Below, piece by piece: positions 1 to 8,409 of a stretch of 64,000 nt of DNA. The first letter of the stretch is position 1; every line of letters begins with the position of its first letter. The position numbers were made by a program, and so were the translations under genes. The stretch is from an uncultured delta proteobacterium (GTDB lineage Bacteria; Myxococcota_A; Polyangia; Polyangiales; Polyangiaceae): positions 192,001 to 256,000 of the forward strand of contig CAWKKR010000008.1 of assembly GCA_963850305.1 (NCBI GenBank), given 5' to 3'. Under the pieces are notes generated by a model. That model did no database searches, was not told where the DNA came from, and saw nothing but the letters and a program-made list of their open reading frames with translations.

Positions 1-283
1 GGCGCATGGCCGCCGGGTCGTGCTTTGCGACGGCCGCGACGAGCGCGGGTTCTTCGGCGATGGCGGTCGCTTCGTTCCGCATCGCCTTCTTGTCGGCGCG
101 TGCGAGCTCCTGGTAGAGACCGAGCGCCTCGTCGAGCCGCGCTCCGATGTCGGGCACGAAGAACCGCTCCGATGTCTGCCGGACCATGCTCTTGGCCAGA
201 TAGACGGCGCCCAGGAGCGGGATCAGCGCCGTCAGGACGATCGCCGCCGCCAGTCTCCGCTCGATCCTGCCGGTCGAGGCCAT
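1..283 (-). CDS. N-terminal part of a membrane protein, probably a sensor histidine kinase (NtrY-like); runs off the window start
   Basis: Manual translation from ATG at 283 gives MASTGRIERRLAAAIVLTALIPLLGAVYLAKSMVRQTSERFFVPDIGARLDEAL..., one TM helix then a helical extracytoplasmic segment. It starts 5 nt after the upstream gene's stop. The kinase call is inference. Confidence 0.5.
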   Translation of the reverse strand, partial: MASTGRIERRLAAAIVLTALIPLLGAVYLAKSMVRQTSERFFVPDIGARLDEALGLYQELARADKKAMRNEATAIAEEPALVAAVAKHDPAAMR

Positions 284-288
284 CCCGG

Positions 289-1224
289 TTATCTCTTGGC
301 CCCGCCGTTCCCGGGCCGCGCCGACAGAAGATCGCGAAGTATCGACAGCGGCTCGAGCATGCCTGCGCGTTCGATCCACGACGACAGTCCGAAGCGCGCC
401 GACAGCTCACGCGCCGCCACCGCCGCGACCCGACCGACGTCGAACGCGAGGGGGATCGAGAGCGCGACGTTCGCGGGATGGAACACGAGCTCCCGGGCGG
501 CGACGGCGGCGGCCCATGCGCCCGGCTCTCGATCCGCGACCAGCGACTTCCACGTGCGCGCCTCGGCAAAGCAGCCGAGCGCGAGCGGCCCCACGGAGAG
601 CTCGTACGCGCGAGCGAGGCCCCTCGCATCTCGCGTGAAGTCCCCCGAGCGCATCCCCATCTCCGTTCGCGCGGTCGCCGGGCCCGCGATGCGATCGAAC
701 CCGCCCGGCCCGCGATGCGCCGCGAACGCGGTCGAGACCTCGCCGCCTTCGAACGCGCCGAGCACGAGGGTCTTCCCGACCGGACAGAGCACGTCGAGCG
801 CGCGCTCAATCGTCGCGACGCTCGGCAAGAGCTCGCGCGCGTCGCGCGGGCACGACTCCAGCAACCCCTCCCCGGCGAGCTCCCGCACCGTGACCGCGAG
901 CTTCGATATTTGCCCCGATAAGTCGTCCAGGGGCTCGACGCGACGCGCGAAACGCTCGCAGAGAATCGGCAGCACGCGCCGGTCGAGCCGCGTGGCCCAT
1001 GCCCCCCCGCGCGCTTCGAGTAGCGCCGCAAGACTCGCATCGGCGTGAATCCCCTGGGGCTCGAGGCGGCCACGCGCGGTCGACCAGAGCTTCACGACGC
1101 GCGCGCCGTCCACGACCAGAATCAGGCCGTCCCTCTGCCACGGCGCCCTGCCTCCGAGGATATCGCCGATGGCGATCCAATCGGAGGCGTCGAATTCTTC
1201 GACGCGCACGTCGGCGGTCAACAT
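289..1224 (-). CDS. Hypothetical protein
   Basis: 311 aa ORF with normal globular composition and high-GC codon usage; tightly linked to the downstream gene. Confidence 0.7.
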   Translation of the reverse strand: MLTADVRVEEFDASDWIAIGDILGGRAPWQRDGLILVVDGARVVKLWSTARGRLEPQGIHADASLAALLEARGGAWATRLDRRVLPILCERFARRVEPLDDLSGQISKLAVTVRELAGEGLLESCPRDARELLPSVATIERALDVLCPVGKTLVLGAFEGGEVSTAFAAHRGPGGFDRIAGPATARTEMGMRSGDFTRDARGLARAYELSVGPLALGCFAEARTWKSLVADREPGAWAAAVAARELVFHPANVALSIPLAFDVGRVAAVAARELSARFGLSSWIERAGMLEPLSILRDLLSARPGNGGAKR

Positions 1225-1250
1225 CGGTGGCAGGAAGTATAGTCGGAACG

Positions 1251-2576
1251 ATGACGCTGCCCAGCGGCCCCGAGTCCGTCTCCGATCTCCGTGCGTTCCT
1301 GGACGCCTCGCCGACGCCGTATCACGCCGTCGCGGAAGTCTCGCGCCGCCTGCGTGCCGCCGGGTTTCGCGAGCTGGACGAACGGGACGAATGGCGCGTC
1401 GCTCCGGGCGATAGCGGGTACGTCGTGCGCGGAGGCACGATCGTGGCGTTCGTGGCTGGCAGCGCGCCGCCTTCGCGAGCGGGTTTCCGGGTCATCGGGG
1501 CGCACACGGACTCCCCGACCCTGCGCGTCAAGCCGCGTGGCGAGACGCGCGTCCAGGGCCAGACGCAGCTCGCCGTGGAGGTCTACGGCAGCCCGCTCCT
1601 CCACACCTGGCTCGACCGAGACCTTTCCCTCGCGGGACGGGTGAGCCTCATCGATGGCTCCACGCACCTCGTGAGATTCGACCGCTCGCTTTGCCGGATC
1701 TCGAACCTCGCGATTCATCTCAGCCCCAGCCTGGCGACGGACGGACTCCGGCTGAACCCGCAGCAGCACGTCGTTCCGACGCTCGGCCTCGCCGAAGACG
1801 ACCTCCCCGTACTCGCCGAGCTGATCTCCGTCGAGCTCCACGCCCGCGGAGAAGCCGAGGCCACCGCCGACGCCGTCGCGGCGTTCGATCTCATGCTGTA
1901 CGACACGCTCCAGGCCGCGACTCTGGGCGCGCACGACGAGTTCCTTGCCTCGTCGCGCATCGACAATCTGGTGTCGTGTCACGCTGCCACGGTCGCCTTG
2001 ACCTCGAACCTCGAACCTCGCAACGCGACGCGCGCCATCGTCCTTTACGACCACGAGGAAGTCGGGAGCCAGAGCGCGACCGGCGCGGGGGGAGCCTTTC
2101 TGCGAACGGTCCTGGAGCGGCTCACGTTCGCCCTCCCCGGCGGCTCGGCGGACGCCGCGCCGCGCGCCTTCGCGCATTCGCTCCTCGTCTCCGCGGACAT
2201 GGCCCACGCGATTCATCCGAACCACGCCGACAAGCACGACCCGCTGCACGCGCCCAAGCTCGGCTTTGGACCCGTCATCAAGGTGAACGCGGGTCAGTCC
2301 TATGCGACGGATGCGCCCGGCGCCGCGGCATTCGAGCGGGCCTGCCGGGAGGCGGGCTTCTCGGCGCAGCGGTTCGTCGCCCGCAACGACATGCGGTGCG
2401 GCTCGACGATCGGTCCCATCTCCGCGTCGCGCCTCGGGATGCGCACGGTCGACGTCGGGAGCTCGATGCTGAGCATGCACTCTTGCCGCGAGGTTACGGC
2501 CACCTCCGACGTGCCGAAGCTCATTCAAGCGCTCGCGCGGATGCTCGAAGCCGACGCGCCGCCGTTCGCCGTCTGA
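1251..2576 (+). CDS. M18 family aspartyl aminopeptidase
   Basis: Motifs SPTPYHAV, IGAHTDSP, RIDN, DHEEVGS, SADMAH, CGSTIGP and SMHS; start set at ATG 1251. Confidence 0.93.
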   Translation: MTLPSGPESVSDLRAFLDASPTPYHAVAEVSRRLRAAGFRELDERDEWRVAPGDSGYVVRGGTIVAFVAGSAPPSRAGFRVIGAHTDSPTLRVKPRGETRVQGQTQLAVEVYGSPLLHTWLDRDLSLAGRVSLIDGSTHLVRFDRSLCRISNLAIHLSPSLATDGLRLNPQQHVVPTLGLAEDDLPVLAELISVELHARGEAEATADAVAAFDLMLYDTLQAATLGAHDEFLASSRIDNLVSCHAATVALTSNLEPRNATRAIVLYDHEEVGSQSATGAGGAFLRTVLERLTFALPGGSADAAPRAFAHSLLVSADMAHAIHPNHADKHDPLHAPKLGFGPVIKVNAGQSYATDAPGAAAFERACREAGFSAQRFVARNDMRCGSTIGPISASRLGMRTVDVGSSMLSMHSCREVTATSDVPKLIQALARMLEADAPPFAV

Positions 2577-2582
2577 CGATCC

Positions 2583-3647
2583 GTGCAAGACTCCCGCCCA
2601 GTGGAGAAACGGGTTCCTACCTACCGCTATCGCGATCCGCTCGATCATATCTGGCTTGCAGCGGCCGCTCGCATCGGCCTCTGCGTGCGCCGCACGGAAG
2701 ATGCGTACGCCTCGACGTCCGGCGACGGCGAGCTCCTGCTCGCCGCGACCCCGCATCTCGACCCGGACGACTGCCTCGCGCAGATGATCTTTCACGAACT
2801 CTGTCACTCCCTCGTCCAGGGCGAGGCGTCGTTTCGCGAACGCGACTGGGGGCTCGACAACGAATCCACGCAGGACGACTCCCGCGAGCACGCTTGCCTC
2901 CGACTCCAGGCGTGGCTGGCCGGCGCGCACGGTCTACGTCAGTTTCTCGCCCCGACGACCGACTTTCGCGCGTTCTACGACGCGCTGCCCGAAGACCCCT
3001 TCTCCCCGCGCTGGCATCCGACCACCGTCATTGCCGTACAAGCCCGCCGCCGCGCGTCCGAGCCGCCGTGGGCGCCGCATCTGGGGGAAGCTCTCGTCGC
3101 CACGCGCGCCGTCGTGGAGCGCGCCGCCGCGTTCGCGATGGACGGAGCCGAGCCGACGCGAAACCTCTTCAGCGTCGTCGGCGACGCGCCGCCCGCGCAT
3201 CCCTCGGGGCTCCCCGCCTCGCCGCTCGCGGCCGAAGAGCGAACGTGCGGCACGTGCGCCTGGCGTCACGGCGCGAACCGTTGCCGTCAGGCGCTCGCCC
3301 GCGTGAAGCCCGAGTGGCCCGGCTGCGAACGCTGGGAAGCGCCGCTCGACTGCCAGGAGTGCGGCGCCTGCTGCCGCGCGGCCTACGACTGCGTCCAGGT
3401 CACGCCGCGCGACCCCGTGCGCAAGAAACACCCCGCCCTCGTCGTCTTGCGCGGCCCCTATCTCGAGATCCAGCGCAACGGCGACCGCTGCTCGGCGCTC
3501 GCCGGAGGCCCCGAGCCCGGCAACGCCGCGCGCATCGAGCCCTACGTCTGTGCCATCTACGAAGACCGTCCGAAATCCTGCCGCGACTTCGAGAACGGTG
3601 GAGCCCACTGTCTGACCGCGCGGCGGAGAGTCGGCCTGTCGATGTGA
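2583..3647 (+). CDS. YkgJ-type cysteine-cluster (CxxCxxCC) protein with an N-terminal HExxH metal-binding domain
   Basis: C-terminal CQECGACC...CAIYEDRPKSCRDF; central CGTCAW...C...C; N-terminal FHELCH. Confidence 0.8.
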   Translation: MQDSRPVEKRVPTYRYRDPLDHIWLAAAARIGLCVRRTEDAYASTSGDGELLLAATPHLDPDDCLAQMIFHELCHSLVQGEASFRERDWGLDNESTQDDSREHACLRLQAWLAGAHGLRQFLAPTTDFRAFYDALPEDPFSPRWHPTTVIAVQARRRASEPPWAPHLGEALVATRAVVERAAAFAMDGAEPTRNLFSVVGDAPPAHPSGLPASPLAAEERTCGTCAWRHGANRCRQALARVKPEWPGCERWEAPLDCQECGACCRAAYDCVQVTPRDPVRKKHPALVVLRGPYLEIQRNGDRCSALAGGPEPGNAARIEPYVCAIYEDRPKSCRDFENGGAHCLTARRRVGLSM

Positions 3648-3715
3648 TGGCGCGGAATCACACGACGCCGCGTGCCTGGCCGTCAGCGAGGGAGTCCCTG
3701 CCGGGAAGCGCCGAT

Positions 3716-3792
3716 CGCTCACGACGAGCGATCCGTCCTTCCCGGCAAGGCTTCCCTCGCTTGCGACGAGCGATCCGTCCTTGCGGGGAAGG
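3716..3792. repeat. Two copies of a ~42-bp unit built from two short hairpins (REP-like)
   Basis: CGACGAGCGATCCGTCCTT occurs at 3722 and 3764; each unit has TCGCT(C/T)...GAGCGA and CCTT...AAGG stems; lies between convergent genes. Confidence 0.7.
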
Positions 3793-3913
3793 ATTTTCGT
3801 CCCTGAGGAGCGAGCTGGAGTTTTCGTGCAACTGCAATCGTGGGCGCGCATTGCGCCCACGACGGAACATCACCTGGTTCGGCTGGCGCGCCGGCCGCCA
3901 CGGGAACGTGCAC

Positions 3914-4645
3914 CTAGAATGAATATCCGAGCCCGACTCCGAGCCGGAAGTCCCAGCTGCTCTGGGCCGTCACGGTGTAGCCCGTGAGGCTCGTCCCGGA
4001 GTAGGCGAGGCCAACGCGGTCGGACCAGCTGTCGTCCTGGCTCAGGTTCTTCGACGCGCGCAGGTCGATGGGGAGCTCGAGCGACGCGGGCAGATCGAAG
4101 ACCATGCCCAGGGCGAGCGCGAGCAACGTCGAGCTCTTCGCCTTGGCGTGGATGAGGCCGCTGACGCCGGTCACCGGAATCGGAGAGCTCGTGACGCTGA
4201 GATCCGGTTTCGCCGACTCGCCGACGAGGAACTCGGGACCAATGCCCGCCCAGAGACGGAACGCGGGTAACGGAAGGATGCCCTTGATGAGCAAGGGGAT
4301 GCGCGCTCCCGTCATCGTCACCTTCTCGGTCGTCTTGACCACGTTGTCGTACGTCACGTTGCGCTGCAGAATCGTCGAGTCGTAGAGCACGTCGGCCTCG
4401 ACGCCGATCACCTTGATGAACCGCGCCTCGACGTAGCCGCCCAGGTCGTACGCAAAGCCGCCCGCGCTGCCGGCGAAGCCGAGCCCCTGGTAACCCGCCG
4501 GAATCGCCGACGGCGTCGTCCAGAGGCTTCCGCCGACGAGCCCTTTCGCGCCGGCGGAAAAGTCCACCAGGCCGCTCGCCGCGGCGGGAACCGAGATGAA
4601 AGCGGAAGCGGTCGCGAACGCTGCGGCAATGGACGATTTTCGCAT
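3914..4645 (-). CDS. Outer-membrane beta-barrel protein (porin/PorT-like)
   Basis: Signal peptide MRKSSIAAAFATASAFISVPAAA, amphipathic beta-strands, C-terminal FRLGVGLGYSF. Confidence 0.75.
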   Translation of the reverse strand: MRKSSIAAAFATASAFISVPAAASGLVDFSAGAKGLVGGSLWTTPSAIPAGYQGLGFAGSAGGFAYDLGGYVEARFIKVIGVEADVLYDSTILQRNVTYDNVVKTTEKVTMTGARIPLLIKGILPLPAFRLWAGIGPEFLVGESAKPDLSVTSSPIPVTGVSGLIHAKAKSSTLLALALGMVFDLPASLELPIDLRASKNLSQDDSWSDRVGLAYSGTSLTGYTVTAQSSWDFRLGVGLGYSF

Positions 4646-4778
4646 CGGATCCTCACTCTCGCCAATGTGTGGACAGGAAGATAACCGAGTTTGCGCTCGT
4701 TTCACACCGCGGATTGCGATGACCACTATGCCTCGTGGATCGCGAGACCACCAAGCGGAACCCGAAGCGCGGCGCAGT

Positions 4779-6158
4779 TCAGGAGAGGAGCTGCATCATT
4801 CGGATCATGGCGGGGCGGACGCCGGTGGTGAAGCGCTTCAGACCCTGCTGCATGCTCGGGTCACCCGCACGCTGCCTCACGCCACGGGCCAGATTGAGCC
4901 GAGCGCGCTCGAGCCAGTCTGCGATGTCTTTCTCCTTCGACCAGAGATATTCCGCGTTCATGCCGATGAGCATTCCCCGCACCCAGTCGAGAGGCACGCT
5001 CGGAAGCGGGTTCGGGGGGCAAAGGAGATTCTTCCGGTCGGTGTCGTCGCGGGTCGCTTCGATGTAGCCGACCACGGCCGCATTGAAAGGAATCAATCCG
5101 AGCCGGATCGGCTGCAGCGTGATCCGGTCTTCCGCGAAGACAGGTACCCCTCGATTGGGGTTGAGTCCGATCGCAGCGCAGTGAACGTGCAGCTGGCTTC
5201 GGCTCGTGGGGACGGTGCCGTGATCGAGCACGATGGTATCGCGTTCGATGCGGCGGACCTTTCCGCGGCGGACGACGTTCTCGATGCGCCGGAGTTGTTC
5301 GACCTCGCGAGTGCTCAGCGTCGGTCCGCGGTACATCGTCGGCACGACGCTCTCGTCCACGCGCAGGAACTGCTCGGCCGCTTCGAGCCGGGCGAACAGG
5401 TCGTCGACGGAGCTCGCCTCGGCCGCGGCCTCCATCTGCAGCGCCAGGCCCTCGATCTGGGTTGAAACCAGCTCCCCACCCTGGAAGAACTTTCGATTTT
5501 GAAGCCACGCCTCGCGTGGCTTGATCCAGAGGATGGCCGCGGGCGAGACGCCCTGGTCGAGGAGCCACGTGCAGGCGTCCATCGCGGTCTTGCCGGCACC
5601 GATGATCACGTATCCCTCCGCCTCCTCCGCCAGGCGACTCAGCTCTCCGACGGGCACGCACCTCGCTTCCGGCGCGACCTCGAACGGGGGCGGAGTGCTG
5701 CTCGGGGTGGACGTCTCGAGGTACCTCGCGTCCACGAACTTCTTCCTGACCTTGACCTCGTAGACCTCGCCGGACAGACGCGAGACGAAGCGATGGGGGC
5801 TCACGTAGCTGCACATCGGGAAGTACCGCACCCGCCCCGAAGGCAAGAGCTTCTCCCGCATGACCCGGTCGAAGTAGGCGCAGATCTCGGAACCACTCGC
5901 CTGCTCGTAAAAGCCTTCGTTCGGCCCGTGGCTATCGATGACCTCGTTGCCGAGCGGTAGCGAGTTCACGCCGTAGAATGCGGACGGCTGGTGCAGCCGC
6001 ACGAATGGGTACGCCTCGATCCAGTGTCCCCCGGGCGCGTGACGCCGGTCGACCATGACGACATCCGCGTCGCAGTCGGTGATCAGCGCATCGGCGAACG
6101 CCATGCCCGCCGCTCCGCAGCCGACGACTAAATAATCGGTTTCGAGGGTTCGGGACAT
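4779..6158 (-). CDS. FAD/NAD(P)-dependent oxidoreductase (flavoprotein monooxygenase-like)
   Basis: DYLVVGCGAAG (FAD), PGGHW...YPFVRLHQPS, IIGAGKTA (NADPH). Confidence 0.85.
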   Translation of the reverse strand: MSRTLETDYLVVGCGAAGMAFADALITDCDADVVMVDRRHAPGGHWIEAYPFVRLHQPSAFYGVNSLPLGNEVIDSHGPNEGFYEQASGSEICAYFDRVMREKLLPSGRVRYFPMCSYVSPHRFVSRLSGEVYEVKVRKKFVDARYLETSTPSSTPPPFEVAPEARCVPVGELSRLAEEAEGYVIIGAGKTAMDACTWLLDQGVSPAAILWIKPREAWLQNRKFFQGGELVSTQIEGLALQMEAAAEASSVDDLFARLEAAEQFLRVDESVVPTMYRGPTLSTREVEQLRRIENVVRRGKVRRIERDTIVLDHGTVPTSRSQLHVHCAAIGLNPNRGVPVFAEDRITLQPIRLGLIPFNAAVVGYIEATRDDTDRKNLLCPPNPLPSVPLDWVRGMLIGMNAEYLWSKEKDIADWLERARLNLARGVRQRAGDPSMQQGLKRFTTGVRPAMIRMMQLLS

Positions 6159-6216
6159 GCGCTGCTCGCCGCGTCCACGCGAGCGAACCACCCCGCCCCG
6201 AGAGTGTCAACACGGG

Positions 6217-7506
6217 CTACTCCGGCGAAGGGTAGTTCCGTTTCACGAAGCACAGACCGTCGGAGTTCAGGTGGCCCTGGGTGCTCTGATCGTACGTGGC
6301 GAAGTCGTAGTAATCGCGGAGACCCGTCGCGGGGTTGCCATTCGTCGCGTGGGGCACGCTTTGGGGATCGAAGCTCATGGGGCCGACGAACTTCGGGTGC
6401 ACGTCGGTGGGCGGCGGGGTGCAGTAGCGCCACTCGAGCGCGGTGCCGAGCGCGTCCGTGTACGCAGTGTAGTCGACTCCCTTCGTCAGCTCGAGCGTCA
6501 CGGTCGGCACACCCGCGTCCGGTCCGACGACGCGCGCCGCGAATTGATCGAAGTGTGCCGGTGAGTCGTGCAGCACGCTGTCCCAGAACGGATGGTCCGT
6601 GTGGATGGTCACCTGTCCGATGACCGACGCATTGCTCTCCAGCGCGATGCCGCGCTCATGCTCTTCGTCGGGGAACGGCGCCGCGGGATCGTTGTCGGGG
6701 TTCTGGCAGTTCAGATAGGACGTCGGTGACTTGAAGCACAACCTGAAGTTCACCGTGTCGGGCCAGCCCTGTCGGTCCGGCGGATAGCAACCCGGGTCGG
6801 TCTTGTCACCCTTGAACGTCGCCGTCCCGACGTAGAAGACGACGCAGTCGTCCGCTACCATCGTCTGGTAGTCCGCCAATGAAGCCGCGTCCAAGTTGAC
6901 GTTGTACGCAGACATCGTGGCGTTGACGGTGTCGAAGCCGAACGCGTACCGCGTCCCATCCGTCGCGAACGGCTGATTCCCGTTCTTGTTCTGTTTCGAC
7001 AGGGCGGCGATGGGCGCCGCTTCTTCGCCCGCGCCGCCTTTGCCCGGGAGATAGCTCGGGTCGCTGTGGGCGAGATCGATCGCCCACGGGCCGTCCACTT
7101 CCGCGACCTCGGAGCCGGTCTTCGATTGGTCGCCGGGCACGGCGTCCGGATTGTTCGACAGCGTGATCTTGTCGATCGTGACGAGCAGGCGTGTGAACTT
7201 CACGTCCCAACCGTCGACGAAGGCGGGGTCGTCGGGCTGTATCGGGGGGAACGGATACCCGGTTAGCGCCAGGACCTCCCCCGATGCCGCGAAGAGAATG
7301 CCGCCACCTCCAGGATCCGAGGGAGGTGTGAATGCCCGCAGGCCGCCGCTGGTGCCGGACGAACCACCGCTCCCTGTCGAGGCGTCCGAGCCGGGTGAGC
7401 CGCCGGCGCCCTCCGATGTGCCTGTGTCATTGCTGGAGCAAGCGCAGAGGCCTGCGAGCGCCGCTGCGCATACGATGAATCTGGAAACGTGGATATTCTT
7501 CTTCAT
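6217..7506 (-). CDS. Lipoprotein of unknown function, last gene of the TonB-receptor operon
   Basis: Lipobox LAGLCAC-SS, Gly/Ser linker, His-containing segment HTDHPFWDSVLHD. Confidence 0.75.
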   Translation of the reverse strand: MKKNIHVSRFIVCAAALAGLCACSSNDTGTSEGAGGSPGSDASTGSGGSSGTSGGLRAFTPPSDPGGGGILFAASGEVLALTGYPFPPIQPDDPAFVDGWDVKFTRLLVTIDKITLSNNPDAVPGDQSKTGSEVAEVDGPWAIDLAHSDPSYLPGKGGAGEEAAPIAALSKQNKNGNQPFATDGTRYAFGFDTVNATMSAYNVNLDAASLADYQTMVADDCVVFYVGTATFKGDKTDPGCYPPDRQGWPDTVNFRLCFKSPTSYLNCQNPDNDPAAPFPDEEHERGIALESNASVIGQVTIHTDHPFWDSVLHDSPAHFDQFAARVVGPDAGVPTVTLELTKGVDYTAYTDALGTALEWRYCTPPPTDVHPKFVGPMSFDPQSVPHATNGNPATGLRDYYDFATYDQSTQGHLNSDGLCFVKRNYPSPE

Positions 7507-7575
7507 GTGCTTGGTCCTTCATGGATTTGGTGTCCTCGATACGGCGATGTTTGGCCATGCTTCGATTCCGTTGCG

Positions 7576-8409
7576 CTAGAGCGCCGGATCCCAGCTGAAC
7601 GTGAAGAGCGAACCTGCGCTGTGGAGGTCCAAGTAAAGGTTCGTGCTCGGCTGCGAGTAGAACGCCGGTGACGTTGGATTGATGTCGCCCGGGTCGTCGC
7701 TGAACGTGTAGACGCCGTTCCTCGAGACGAGCTGTCCGAAGTCCACGTTCACGAAGAGCTGGCGCGGGTCGATCCGGAGGAGCAGCCCGCCGGTGGTCTC
7801 GAGCGTCACGTCCGTCTCGATGGGAGACACGATGCGCTGCTTGCAGATCGGGTCCGCGCCCGCGGTGACGCCGGTCGATTCGGCGCGGTTGCTGGAGATG
7901 GTGATCTGACCGACGAATGGGCGCACGTCCGTCCCGAGCGTCGCCGTGCCTTCGACGTCGAGGATGGGACTCGTATCCGGGTCCGCGACTTCATTGACGT
8001 CCCCATGCGTGAGCCACACCTGACCGACGAGAGCCTGGAGGGTCGTGCCGTGTCCTTCGCCCGGAAAGTCCTGGGGAGCGGGCGACAGGAGATCGATGTC
8101 GAGAGCCGTCAGGACTTCCGCGACGTACGTGCCGGGCAGGATGCACGCGGAGTTCTGCGCGCCGGACACGGGCAGACTCTGTTCGAGGTACATCGCGCCG
8201 ACGTGCAAGGTCGCCTTCGTGAGAGAGACGGTCCACCCTCGGTCCGTGGTGAAGTCGAGGGGTTGCCCCGCAGTAGCGTCCGCCGGTCCCGCGGCAGCCG
8301 CGGGAAAGTCGATGATGTCGTCCCCCGTCGTGCCGGTGCACGCGGCGGACGAGAGCGCCATCGCGACGGAAACCAGGGTGCGCAGGGCCGTCGAGCTGCG
8401 GAACTTCAT
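7576..8409 (-). CDS. Lipoprotein of unknown function, coupled to the TonB receptor
   Basis: ATG at 8409 overlaps the receptor stop codon; lipobox SSAAC-TG. Confidence 0.75.
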   Translation of the reverse strand: MKFRSSTALRTLVSVAMALSSAACTGTTGDDIIDFPAAAAGPADATAGQPLDFTTDRGWTVSLTKATLHVGAMYLEQSLPVSGAQNSACILPGTYVAEVLTALDIDLLSPAPQDFPGEGHGTTLQALVGQVWLTHGDVNEVADPDTSPILDVEGTATLGTDVRPFVGQITISSNRAESTGVTAGADPICKQRIVSPIETDVTLETTGGLLLRIDPRQLFVNVDFGQLVSRNGVYTFSDDPGDINPTSPAFYSQPSTNLYLDLHSAGSLFTFSWDPAL

